The notes below the pieces were generated by a model. The model was not told where the DNA came from. It saw only the letters and a program-made list of their open reading frames with translations, and searched no databases. From Candidatus Parcubacteria bacterium (GTDB lineage: Bacteria > Patescibacteriota > Minisyncoccia > Sungbacterales > SURF-37): a stretch of DNA of 64,000 nt. The stretch covers positions 2,424-66,423 of the forward strand of contig QZJO01000011.1 of assembly GCA_003599755.1 (NCBI GenBank). The letters are read 5' to 3'. Both the position numbers and the translations under genes were made by a program. Positions 27,892 to 36,206 of this stretch are shown one piece after another (position 1 is the stretch's first letter; each line of letters begins with the position of its first letter).

Positions 27892-30087
27892 CTACGCCTC
27901 GACGGTCGGTTCTTCGGCCGGCTCCCCTGCTCCTTCGGCTTTGACGAGTACTTCGCGGGGCTTGGCGCCGTCGCCCGGGCCGATAACGCCCCGCTCTTCG
28001 AGAATATCGAGGAGCCGCGCGGCGCGCGCATAGCCGATTTTCAGGCGGCGCTGCAAATATGACGCCGAGGCCTTGCCGGCGCGCACCACCGTGTCGCGCG
28101 CTTCTTCGTAGAGCGGATCGTCGTCGCCGTCCTCGGTGTCATCGCCGCCGAGCGCATCGGCAATCGTGCCCGCGCCGGGCTTGGGTTCGAACATTTCGGT
28201 CTCGGCGGTCTGATCCGGAATAAGATCCACCTGGTCGCGGATGAATTTGACCACGCTTTGGATTTCCTTGTCCGATACGAATCCGCCCTGGATGCGCTTG
28301 GGCTTGGCCGTGTCGCCGGCAAGGAAGAGCATGTCGCCGTTGCCCAACAGTTTTTCGGCGCCGCTGCCGTCCAAGATGGTACGCGAGTCGATCTGCGAGG
28401 CGACCTGGAACGCGACGCGCGAGGTGATGTTGGCCTTGATGAGGCCGGTGATGACTTCGACCGACGGCCGCTGGGTCGCGACGATCAGGTGAATGCCGAC
28501 CGCGCGGGCCATCTGGGCGATGCGCACGATCGAGCCCTCGACTTCGCGCGGAAAGCTCATCATGAGGTCGGCCAATTCGTCGATCACGATCACGAGCCAT
28601 GGCATCGGCTCGGGCTTATCCTCGCCTCTCGTTTTTTTCATGATGCTCTCGTTGTAGGACGCGATGTCGCGCACGCCCGCGGCCGAGAGCACCTGGTAGC
28701 GTTTCTCCATTTCCTTCACCGCCCAGCGCAGCGCCTGGATCATCTTTTTCGAATCGGTGATGGGCGGCGTGAGCAAATGCGGGATGCCTTCGTAGACGGA
28801 AAGTTCCACGCGCTTGGGGTCGAGCATGATGAGTTTGAGCATCTCGGGCGGGTTGCGGTAGAGGAACGATGTGACGATGGCATGGATCCCGACGCTTTTG
28901 CCCGATCCGGTCGCGCCCGCGATCATCATGTGCGGCATTTTCGCGAGGTTGGCGTAGACCGGCGCGCCGGCCACGTCGCGGCCGAGCGCAAAGAGAAGCG
29001 GCGCGGACGATTCCTGGAACACGTCGTGCTCGAACAAACTCCGCAGGCCGACCAGGGCAATGGAGCGGTTCGGCACTTCGATACCGACTAGGGATTTGCC
29101 CGGGATCGGCGCTTCGATCCGGATCGGATGCGCGGCAAGAGCCAAGGCAAGATCGTTTTGCAGGCCGACGATGCGCGCAAGCTTCACGCCTTCGGCCGGC
29201 TTCAATGTATATTGCGTGACGGTCGGGCCGATGGAGATGTCTCCCATTTCGACGTCCACGCCGAAGTTCAGAAGCGTACGCTTGATGATGTTGGCATTGG
29301 CGCGCACATCGCCCGAGGAAGGCGTGCCGCGATCGTCATCCAGAAGATCGAGCGGCGGGAAGCGGTACGCCGAGCGCAGGCGCCGTTTGGCGATGGAAAA
29401 TTCTTCGTCGTCGCCCTTGCGGTCCCCGGGACCGACCGTAACCTTGGAGCCCGACGCGGCCGGAGCGGCGGGTTTGACGGCGACTTTGTCGGCAAGGCCG
29501 GTCACGGCGCTTGCCGCCATGGCAACCGCGCCGGCCGATTCGGGTGCGCCGGTGACAACGGTTTCTTCATCCAGCTTACGGATGCGCCAGATCGGAATGT
29601 TGGCGGCGATGAGAATCGCGACCGCAAAGAGCGCGATCTCGATGACGAGCGCGCCCCAGAACGCGAACGCTTGTTCAAGCGGCCAGTTGGCCGCGTAGCC
29701 GATCCACCCGCCCGTGCGATCCTCGAAAAAGAGTTCGATGAGCGCCAGGCCGGTAATGAGAAACAAGCCCGCCCCGACAAATGAGCCGGCGAGACGCGGC
29801 CGATGGAAACTGCGCACGAGGGATCCGGCGGCGACCAAGAGCGTCAGCGGCGCCAGGAAGTATACGTTGCCGACCGCGAGCGATATGCCGGCGGCGATAT
29901 AGCTGCCGAGCATTCCGGCGAGATTCCAGTATGCAAGCAGCGTGAGAATGGCGAGCGCCGCGCAGAGGATCGCCAGGGCGCTTCGCTTCGTTTCCGGAGC
30001 TAGATGGTCGTGCCAGCGGATACGGGGCGCGTCGTCGTCTAGGTCGTCTTCGTCGCGGCGGCGGCGCTTATGGTCTTTTTTCGCCAT
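27892..30087 (-). CDS. ftsK: DNA translocase FtsK/SpoIIIE
   Basis: N-terminal TM helices, Pro/Ala-rich linker, motor domain with Walker A (IAGATGSGKSVGI) and Walker B (VIVIDELADL), and C-terminal gamma winged-helix region. Start set at ATG 30085-30087 (MAKKDHKRRRR); the ORF track begins at a TTG at 30123. Confidence 0.9.
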   Translation of the reverse strand: MAKKDHKRRRRDEDDLDDDAPRIRWHDHLAPETKRSALAILCAALAILTLLAYWNLAGMLGSYIAAGISLAVGNVYFLAPLTLLVAAGSLVRSFHRPRLAGSFVGAGLFLITGLALIELFFEDRTGGWIGYAANWPLEQAFAFWGALVIEIALFAVAILIAANIPIWRIRKLDEETVVTGAPESAGAVAMAASAVTGLADKVAVKPAAPAASGSKVTVGPGDRKGDDEEFSIAKRRLRSAYRFPPLDLLDDDRGTPSSGDVRANANIIKRTLLNFGVDVEMGDISIGPTVTQYTLKPAEGVKLARIVGLQNDLALALAAHPIRIEAPIPGKSLVGIEVPNRSIALVGLRSLFEHDVFQESSAPLLFALGRDVAGAPVYANLAKMPHMMIAGATGSGKSVGIHAIVTSFLYRNPPEMLKLIMLDPKRVELSVYEGIPHLLTPPITDSKKMIQALRWAVKEMEKRYQVLSAAGVRDIASYNESIMKKTRGEDKPEPMPWLVIVIDELADLMMSFPREVEGSIVRIAQMARAVGIHLIVATQRPSVEVITGLIKANITSRVAFQVASQIDSRTILDGSGAEKLLGNGDMLFLAGDTAKPKRIQGGFVSDKEIQSVVKFIRDQVDLIPDQTAETEMFEPKPGAGTIADALGGDDTEDGDDDPLYEEARDTVVRAGKASASYLQRRLKIGYARAARLLDILEERGVIGPGDGAKPREVLVKAEGAGEPAEEPTVEA

Positions 30088-30094
30088 GAAAACA

Positions 30095-30200
30095 GTATAC
30101 CCTGCACTATGCGATGCAACCAAAGTTGATTTTTCCGATGAGTATCGATGGCAGTTAGACGACTATCCTAGGAACCCGGCGGACCATAGTGCAGGGTATA
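30095..30200. repeat. Perfect 17-bp inverted repeat pair (GTATACCCTGCACTATG ... CATAGTGCAGGGTATAC) separated by a 72-nt spacer, overlapping the ftsK RBS region
   Basis: Arms at 30095-30111 and 30184-30200. The left arm lies 8 nt upstream of the ftsK ATG. Lies in the 177-nt gap between the Fis-type HTH gene and ftsK. Confidence 0.6.
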
Positions 30201-30264
30201 CCCGGATGCCAAAAACTGAGAGCCGGCCCGCGGGGGCGACCGCGGGCCGGGCGATGAGGTGGGC

Positions 30265-30567
30265 TTATCGACAGCGGGACGGCCGAACCGCCGACTGCGG
30301 GGTGCTGCGCGGCACGACATGAGGCGGCACGCTGTTGGGATGCCGCTTCGGTCTGGCCCGCGGGCGCCAGAGGTCGTTGTGCTTGCAGATGCGGCGGAGC
30401 GTACCGGAGCTGCACTCCAGCCGCTGAGCCGCCTCTTCGGTGCTCCGGGAATCCCGGAGTACCCGGCGGATCAACTGCAGCTGCCAGGGCTCGAAGCGGT
30501 ACGGTTCGCTTCCCTTTGGATCGAGCTTTTCGTCGTGATCGAGCTGCCACCAGGGGTCCAGAGCCAT
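30265..30567 (-). CDS. Small Fis-type helix-turn-helix DNA-binding protein (100 aa)
   Basis: WQLQLIRRVLRDSRSTEEAAQRLECSSGTLRRICKHNDL resembles the Fis/NtrC C-terminal HTH; basic tail. Confidence 0.55.
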   Translation of the reverse strand: MALDPWWQLDHDEKLDPKGSEPYRFEPWQLQLIRRVLRDSRSTEEAAQRLECSSGTLRRICKHNDLWRPRARPKRHPNSVPPHVVPRSTPQSAVRPSRCR

Positions 30568-30783
30568 TCGCCACCTCAGGTACGGAGTGTGCTGCCGTCC
30601 CCTACCCTAGGAAAAAGACAGGAAAGGGTCAACCACCGACAGATAAAGAAATTCCAAATTCCAGTATCCAAATTCCAAACAAAAGATCGATGCTCGAATG
30701 ATCAAATAATCAAAAACGAGTTTCGGTTATTGAAATTTTATTGGTATTTGTTTGGTGCTTGGGATTTGATGCTTGGTACTTCC

Positions 30784-31257
30784 CTACTTGCATCCTTCTC
30801 CGTATGTGATCGCGATCTCGTGATCGGGATTGTCATGGTCGTGGAGCGTCACGCCGTCCAGCCCCGGATAGCGAATGTCGAAGATCTCGGCTTCGCCCGG
30901 GGCGATATCCGGATACTGCGAGCCCGGGTCTTCGCCGTCTTCGTTGTGCGGCCCGACGCGGATCGTGATGGGCTTGGACGTGGCGTTTTGGATCGAGATG
31001 AGACAGCCGAGCGAATCGGTGATCTTGACGGTAAGTTCGGTCGGATGGAAACCCGCGGTATCGTAGCGGATCGGGCGGGAATCCGACGGGATAATGGAAA
31101 CCTCGCTTTCGTCGAGATCGCGCGGCGCCTCGCCGCCGTCGGAAATCATACGCACGGCCAGCCACGCGCCGAATATGAGTACAACGGCGAATCCGGCTGC
31201 AATGGCGAGGATACGGTACCAACGATTCTGGCTCGCGGGTTGTTGGTCTGGAGGCAT
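30784..31257 (-). CDS. Secreted/anchored small protein with His-rich C-terminus (possible metal-binding, beta-sandwich)
   Basis: Signal/anchor helix, then beta-rich domain ending ...GVTLHDHDNPDHEIAITYGEGCK. Confidence 0.45.
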   Translation of the reverse strand: MPPDQQPASQNRWYRILAIAAGFAVVLIFGAWLAVRMISDGGEAPRDLDESEVSIIPSDSRPIRYDTAGFHPTELTVKITDSLGCLISIQNATSKPITIRVGPHNEDGEDPGSQYPDIAPGEAEIFDIRYPGLDGVTLHDHDNPDHEIAITYGEGCK

Positions 31258-31345
31258 AGAACGAGTGTTTAGTGATTAGTGATGAGTGACGAGTGGCGGT
31301 CAGATCATCGTGATCGTGCGCTCACGGCTGACGACTATTCACTGA

Positions 31346-32203
31346 TCAACTCCGTATTGCGATGCGGCCGCCGCGCCGATGGATCAGGCCTTCGGCGAGC
31401 AGGGCGGCGAGCGTTGCATCAAATACTCTGGCTGAAATTTTCCTTCCCTGCAAGAGCGTTTGTACGCGCGCGCGAATCGCTGGTGCCGAACCGCCGCCAT
31501 CCAGCAGCGCCTGCACGATCTTGCCGCGAAGCTCTCTTCGTGATCCGGCGAATTTCGCCTGAATCGCGTAGACGCGGGCGCGGCGGTTGGGATTCGGCAC
31601 GCCGGCAAGCGCGGCCGAGCCGTAATCCATGAGCGCCCAGTACCATTTGCGAAAATCTTTTTTCGGCAGCGTGCGCGCTACCCAGGCCGCGACTGCGCTA
31701 TCCGGGACGTCGGTTTTGCCGGGAAAGAAATGATGGAGGTACGTGCGGCGGATATTGGTTTCAATAAATACAGCCGGGCGGTCGAACGCGAACGCCAGGA
31801 TGGAGCCGGCGGTGTTCCTGCCAATGCCCGGCAGAGCTTGTAAGCGCTCGATATCAGCGGGTACGCGGCCGCCGTGTTCGGCTTCGATGATGCGGGCCGC
31901 GCGCTGGAGATATGCGGCGCGGCGGTTGTAGCCCATGCCGCGCCAGGCAGCGAGTACTTCTCTGAGCGGTGCCGTGGCCAGGGCGCGGGGCGTAGGAAAT
32001 CGGCGGATGAATTGCGGCCAGATGTCCGCCACGCGCGAAACTTGGGTTTGTTGGAGCATGACTTCAGATACGAAGATATGCCACGGCTCATCGGTATGCC
32101 GCCACGTCAAATCGTGCCGGCCGTTTTTGCGGTACCAAGTCCATATGAAATTCCGGAACTGAGCGGGCGTCATGGTTGTGGGGTGTGGAGATCCCAGCCC
32201 CAT
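31346..32203 (-). CDS. HhH-GPD DNA glycosylase of MutY/Nth type, N-terminal domain only, apparently lacking the 4Fe-4S Cys cluster
   Basis: MutY-like N-terminus (FRNFIWTWYRKNGRHDLTWRHTDEPWHIFVSEVMLQQTQV), HhH (LQALPGIGRNTAGSILAFAF) and catalytic Asp (VFIETNIRR). No Cx6CxxCx5C segment and no Nudix domain. Confidence 0.7.
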   Translation of the reverse strand: MGLGSPHPTTMTPAQFRNFIWTWYRKNGRHDLTWRHTDEPWHIFVSEVMLQQTQVSRVADIWPQFIRRFPTPRALATAPLREVLAAWRGMGYNRRAAYLQRAARIIEAEHGGRVPADIERLQALPGIGRNTAGSILAFAFDRPAVFIETNIRRTYLHHFFPGKTDVPDSAVAAWVARTLPKKDFRKWYWALMDYGSAALAGVPNPNRRARVYAIQAKFAGSRRELRGKIVQALLDGGGSAPAIRARVQTLLQGRKISARVFDATLAALLAEGLIHRRGGRIAIRS

Positions 32204-32403
32204 CGACGAACGGCGTTCGGGCTGACAGCGACATCATGCCAGGAATCCGTTCCGCGGAGAAATGCATGTCCAACCATCGGATACCGCCAATGGGGCTGGA
32301 TTTGCGATTCGTTTCTGCGTAAACTCGCTGCGGTTCATTCTTGCAGGCAAATCGAGAAGGTTCGAGCCCGCGCGCGGGCGGGCTCGAGATACTACGAAAT
32401 TGG

Positions 32404-32748
32404 TCAGGAGGTACGGACGCGGCTCGTCCGCCGCGGCCGAATCGCAAGGGTCGTCACGGTAGCGGGATACTGCGTGATCCAAGCGGCAGACGGCACGCCC
32501 TCGTTCGCGAAGACATCTATGAGGGCCTTGTGCAGGAAGTCGGCGTTGACTTCCCGGACGGCGCCGAGGAGCACGGTCTTGCCGGGGCGCATCGGCCGGT
32601 CTCCCTTGCCGGGAAGCAGCTCATGCCCTTGGCCGAAGAGCGTCATGATATTCGTGGCGCCATGGCGCTCCATGGCGCTGATCAGGGTCTCGAGCAGGCC
32701 TGGCTGGCCTTCGAACACCACCCGCGTTTCGATGACTGCGCTTGGCAT
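32404..32748 (-). CDS. Small GlnB/P-II-like (DUF190-like) protein
   Basis: MPSAVIETRVVFEGQPGLLETLISAMERHGATNIMTLFGQGHE... has a P-II-like beta-alpha-beta pattern and size. The overlapping 271-aa ORF-track extension is Arg/Pro-rich junk. Confidence 0.4.
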   Translation of the reverse strand: MPSAVIETRVVFEGQPGLLETLISAMERHGATNIMTLFGQGHELLPGKGDRPMRPGKTVLLGAVREVNADFLHKALIDVFANEGVPSAAWITQYPATVTTLAIRPRRTSRVRTS

Positions 32749-32770
32749 ACGGCTCCTTTGCGAGATGGCA

Positions 32771-32808
32771 AAAAGTTGATGCCCGTCCCGACACGATGTC
32801 GGGACGGG
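32771..32808 (-). terminator. Intrinsic terminator (perfect 12-bp stem CCCGTCCCGACA/TGTCGGGACGGG, then a T-run on the minus strand) only about 23 nt upstream of the P-II-like gene start
   Basis: Minus-strand reading: hairpin, then CATCAACTTTTT. Lies 18 nt downstream of the stop of the 32826-33227 ORF. Confidence 0.5.
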
Positions 32809-32825
32809 CGGGGCGGGAACGGCGG

Positions 32826-33227
32826 CTAGGCGATGGTCGCCGCGGCGCGGCGCTCGCGGTCCGAGCGGATGATGTCGGCCCTTCGGAACTGCTGTTCGAG
32901 CGCCTTCTTCTTCCGGCGAAAGGCGGCGACGACCTCGGGGTTCATTCGGAGACCCATCCAGGAATCCATGTGGCCGACGACGCGGCACTCGGCCGGCCTC
33001 CAGGTGTCCATCTGGCCGATGCGGTTCCGGTCGCGCGGATCCCGGGCGTCGAGGACGAAGACCTTCAGCGGGCCCTGGCGTTGCACCTGCTCGACGAGCG
33101 CGGTGACGCCGCCTCGTTCGATGATGATGCCCGGTCGGTATGCCGTACCGTTCCCTGCGTTTTCGTGCATGCAGTCCTCCTGGGTTGGGGGTGTGCTGCT
33201 GGGCTTGTGTATACCACACTCCCGCAT
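32826..33227 (-). CDS. Hypothetical protein (about 115-133 aa)
   Basis: ORF with plausible composition (GIIIERGGVTALVEQVQRQGPLKVFVLDARD...); family not recognised; start uncertain. Confidence 0.3.
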   Translation of the reverse strand: MRECGIHKPSSTPPTQEDCMHENAGNGTAYRPGIIIERGGVTALVEQVQRQGPLKVFVLDARDPRDRNRIGQMDTWRPAECRVVGHMDSWMGLRMNPEVVAAFRRKKKALEQQFRRADIIRSDRERRAAATIA

Positions 33228-33306
33228 AAAATCAATGGCGCGGTTGCGCCGGCTGAGGATAGTTCGCTACACTGAATACGCCGTATCAATTGTAACCTTC
33301 TTTCTC

Positions 33307-33894
33307 ATGTTCAGAGTCGATCAACCGTTTCCCGATTTCTCGCTCGAGGTCTATCGGCCCGAGACCAAAGACGAAGGCACCATCACGAAGCAGGATCTGG
33401 CCGGCAAATGGGTGGTACTCTTCTGGTATCCGGCCGATTTTACGTACGTCTGCCCGACCGAATTGGCGGACATGCAGCGGCGGTACGACGAATTCAAAAA
33501 GCTCGGCGCCGAGATCGTCGGCGCGTCAACGGATACCACGGTCACGCACAAAGCGTGGGTAGAAACCGAAGAGCTGCTTGCCGATCTTCGCTATCCTCTT
33601 GCCGCGGACCACAATGGCGCGCTCTCGCGCGCGCTGGAGATCTACGATGAATCCAATGGCCGGGCGCAACGCGCCGCGTTCATTATTGACCCTGACGGGG
33701 TGCTTCGCGCCGTGGACATTGTCGCCGATGCGATCGGCCGGAGTGCCGGCGAACTCCTGCGCAAGACCAAGGCCCTGAAATTCGTGCGCGAGAATCCAGG
33801 TAAGGTCTGCCCGGCCTCGTGGGACGAGGGTGCGCCCACGCTTTCGCCGTCGCTCGGAATATCGGGCAAGGTGGCCAAGGCCCTCGGTCAATAA
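33307..33894 (+). CDS. ahpC: Peroxiredoxin (AhpC/Prx1-type 2-Cys)
   Basis: Peroxidatic Cys motif FTYVCPTE (FYPADFTYVCPTELADM) and resolving Cys near the C-terminus (VCPASW). Start at ATG 33307 (MFRVDQPFPDF); the upstream ORF-track extension is spurious. Confidence 0.85.
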   Translation: MFRVDQPFPDFSLEVYRPETKDEGTITKQDLAGKWVVLFWYPADFTYVCPTELADMQRRYDEFKKLGAEIVGASTDTTVTHKAWVETEELLADLRYPLAADHNGALSRALEIYDESNGRAQRAAFIIDPDGVLRAVDIVADAIGRSAGELLRKTKALKFVRENPGKVCPASWDEGAPTLSPSLGISGKVAKALGQ

Positions 33895-34103
33895 TAGTCG
33901 GTTCAAAAATCGCGTCCTGCTCCACTGGGGATGTGATTTTGGCATCGAATCGCGCGCGCTTCCCCACTGGGGAGGTGTGCAGAACTGCCATAGCTCCGTG
34001 AGAAGACGGTGCTATACTGAAATTGCTTGGTTTTATCAACCCCGCCAGCGTTTGACGCGGCGCGGGAAAAAGGTCGGGATTCTCAATCCGTACGCCAACT
34101 TCT

Positions 34104-34517
34104 GTGAACCCAAAGCAATTTCTCTTGATCGGCGGCATAATACTCGTCGCCCTCGGCGTGCTCGGCATGGTAGGCGTGCTCGGTCCCACGCAGGACGAGA
34201 GCGTGCTTGTCGACATGGGCCTCGACTGGTGGTTCGATGATGCCGAAAACTGGGCGCACTTGGTCCTCGGCGTTATTGCCCTGGCCGCGGCATTCGTCGT
34301 GCCTGCCGGCATGCAGCGCTGGCTCGTGCTGGCCGTCGGCGTGCTCGGCATACTCGTCGGGCTCTACAGCGTCTTAAACGATACGGTCCTCTGGGGCGCG
34401 AACCTCCAGAACCCGGAAGACACGCTGTTGCACCTCGTCGTCGGCGCATGGGCACTGGCTGCCTCGTGGAAAAAATCCGAGGCCGCAGCCCCGATGTCGC
34501 CTACGATGCCGATGTAG
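34104..34517 (+). CDS. Small membrane protein (137 aa, 4 TM)
   Basis: Four hydrophobic helices. Confidence 0.4.
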   Translation: MNPKQFLLIGGIILVALGVLGMVGVLGPTQDESVLVDMGLDWWFDDAENWAHLVLGVIALAAAFVVPAGMQRWLVLAVGVLGILVGLYSVLNDTVLWGANLQNPEDTLLHLVVGAWALAASWKKSEAAAPMSPTMPM

Positions 34518-34752
34518 CGCGAACGTACGAACGCGTCGTTGCGCCGCGGGAGCCCCTGAATGAGGGCTCCCGCGTTTCAATTTCAACGGTGGCGGATTTC
34601 GGCCCGCCTTTGGTATCATGGCGGCATGCCCGGTAGTACAACTTCGAAGGCCTTTGCCGCCTGCTATTCGAGCAACGGGATTTCTAAGAATCATCCATGC
34701 TGGTACGCGCCATCGGTTTTGCGCCATTAATTTTGAAGTCGTCCTACCGGGT

Positions 34753-35190
34753 ATGATCAGACTCGTCGTTTGGCTGCTGATTCTGGGTGCCATCGGGTAC
34801 GGCGCGGCGCGCTTTATCCCGGATGACACCCGCCGTGCGGCGCTTGCGAGTATCGGCCTGGATACGTTTTTCGAGACCACCGCGCCGAATTTCATCCGCG
34901 AGAAGTTGGCCATTGGCCGCGATCCGGCGGCAGAGCGCAAAGCGCGCATTGACGAGCTCGGACTGCATCTGGGGGACGTGCGCCAGAACCTCGATTCGAT
35001 CGCTTCGGCCAAGACGCCCGACGAGATCGCGCGCCACGTCGCCGAGGCGCGCGAAGAGCTTGCCAAGGCCGAGTCGCTCGCGACCGAGGCGGGTGCGCTA
35101 TCGTCCGACACGGGACTCGTGAAAAGAACCACCGCGCGCCTGATCGATAGCGTTTTGCCCGCACCGGCCGCGGCTTGTCCTGCCGAATAA
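34753..35190 (+). CDS. N-terminally anchored hypothetical protein (145 aa), alpha-helical
   Basis: Start at ATG 34753 (MIRLVVWLLILGAIGYGAA). 7 nt upstream of the hydrolase gene. Confidence 0.4.
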   Translation: MIRLVVWLLILGAIGYGAARFIPDDTRRAALASIGLDTFFETTAPNFIREKLAIGRDPAAERKARIDELGLHLGDVRQNLDSIASAKTPDEIARHVAEAREELAKAESLATEAGALSSDTGLVKRTTARLIDSVLPAPAAACPAE

Positions 35191-35196
35191 CGCAGC

Positions 35197-36144
35197 ATGA
35201 GCGCGCCGGCTATGCAAAAGATGCGCCTGATCCAGCGGCCGCCCGAATCGGTTCCTCACCGCCTCGGCCGCCTGCGCGCATTTAGTATTTTTCTCCTGAT
35301 CGTCGTTCCGGTCTTCGCGTGGCTCCTCTGGGTAAGTTTCGGAGCGTTTCGCGATTTGGCTTCCCCTACCTATCGGCCGTCGGGCGTGGTGCCCGGACAA
35401 TATCATTTGGCGTTTGAAGCGGTTTCGATTCCGGCTGCGGACGGCGCGGTGCTGGCGGGCTGGCTCATACCGGCTGCGAACCCGGCGGCGCGCGAAGCCG
35501 TGGTGCTTGTCGCGCCCGAAGGAACGGACAAGGGCTCGCTCATGCCGATCGCGGCGCGCCTCCATGACCGCTTCCATGTGCTCGCCATGGATATTCGCGC
35601 GTCAGGCGAAAGCGGCGGGCGGTGGAGTACGCTCGGTCTTGCCGAGGCCGGCGACGTGGAGCGGGCGGCCGCATTTTTGCGCGAAAACGGCGCCGAGCGC
35701 GTCGGCGTATTCGGTTCATCCGTCGGCGCGGCCGCGGCGGTGCTTGCCGCAGCGGCTGACCCCGGCATAATGGCGATCGCGCTCTGGGCGCCGTATACCG
35801 ACGTGCCGTCGCTTGCGCGCGGATACTACGGCGGCATCGCGCCGCTTGCGGCATTACGCGAGCAGTCGCTCTTCGGCTGGGGTCGGCTTTTGTTAGGCGG
35901 GAATCTGGACACCGTCTCGCCGGTAACCGCGGCGCGCGGCGTGACACAGCCGGTCTTTTTGATCCACAGCCGGGCCGATGCCTTCGTGCCGTTCGAGCAC
36001 GCCCGGCGTTTTCAACAGGCATTCGCCGATCACGCGTTCGCGGAATTTTACTTCACCGATCGGGGCGGCCACGGAGAATATCCGACAGATCTCGCAGACC
36101 GGCTATTGGATTTCTTTTCCCGTGCGCTCGCCACGGCGCGCTGA
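35197..36144 (+). CDS. Alpha/beta hydrolase (dienelactone hydrolase / S9-like) with N-terminal TM anchor
   Basis: Nucleophile elbow GSSVGAAAA (G-x-S-x-G), Asp and His toward the C-terminus (HSRAD..., TDRGGHGEY). Confidence 0.7.
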   Translation: MSAPAMQKMRLIQRPPESVPHRLGRLRAFSIFLLIVVPVFAWLLWVSFGAFRDLASPTYRPSGVVPGQYHLAFEAVSIPAADGAVLAGWLIPAANPAAREAVVLVAPEGTDKGSLMPIAARLHDRFHVLAMDIRASGESGGRWSTLGLAEAGDVERAAAFLRENGAERVGVFGSSVGAAAAVLAAAADPGIMAIALWAPYTDVPSLARGYYGGIAPLAALREQSLFGWGRLLLGGNLDTVSPVTAARGVTQPVFLIHSRADAFVPFEHARRFQQAFADHAFAEFYFTDRGGHGEYPTDLADRLLDFFSRALATAR

Positions 36145-36156
36145 GCTCGGAGAACC

Positions 36157-36187
36157 AAAACCGCCCCGATGTTCATCGGGACGGTTT
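36157..36187. terminator. Bidirectional intrinsic terminator between convergent genes (AAAACCGCCCCGATG...CATCGGGGACGGTTTT)
   Basis: GC-rich hairpin flanked by an A-run on one side and a T-run on the other. Confidence 0.6.
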
Positions 36188-36206
36188 TGGCTTCAGCGGC
36201 GGCGGT

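Noticed and set aside
32749-32830. Possible fluoride (crcB-motif) riboswitch in front of the DUF190-like gene
   Set aside because: No match to the conserved crcB RNA motif on the coding strand, and no crcB or fluoride-exporter gene nearby. The hairpin is better explained as an intrinsic terminator.
32404-33219. 271-aa minus ORF spanning two smaller genes
   Set aside because: The N-terminal two-thirds is Arg/Pro/His-rich junk. Only the last 114 codons (32404-32748) look protein-like, so it was trimmed.
32833-33306. 5' extension of the peroxiredoxin ORF (353 aa in the ORF track)
   Set aside because: Peroxiredoxins are about 190 aa. The extension has no Prx similarity, contains the likely promoter region and overlaps a plausible minus-strand gene. 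The start was set at ATG 33307.
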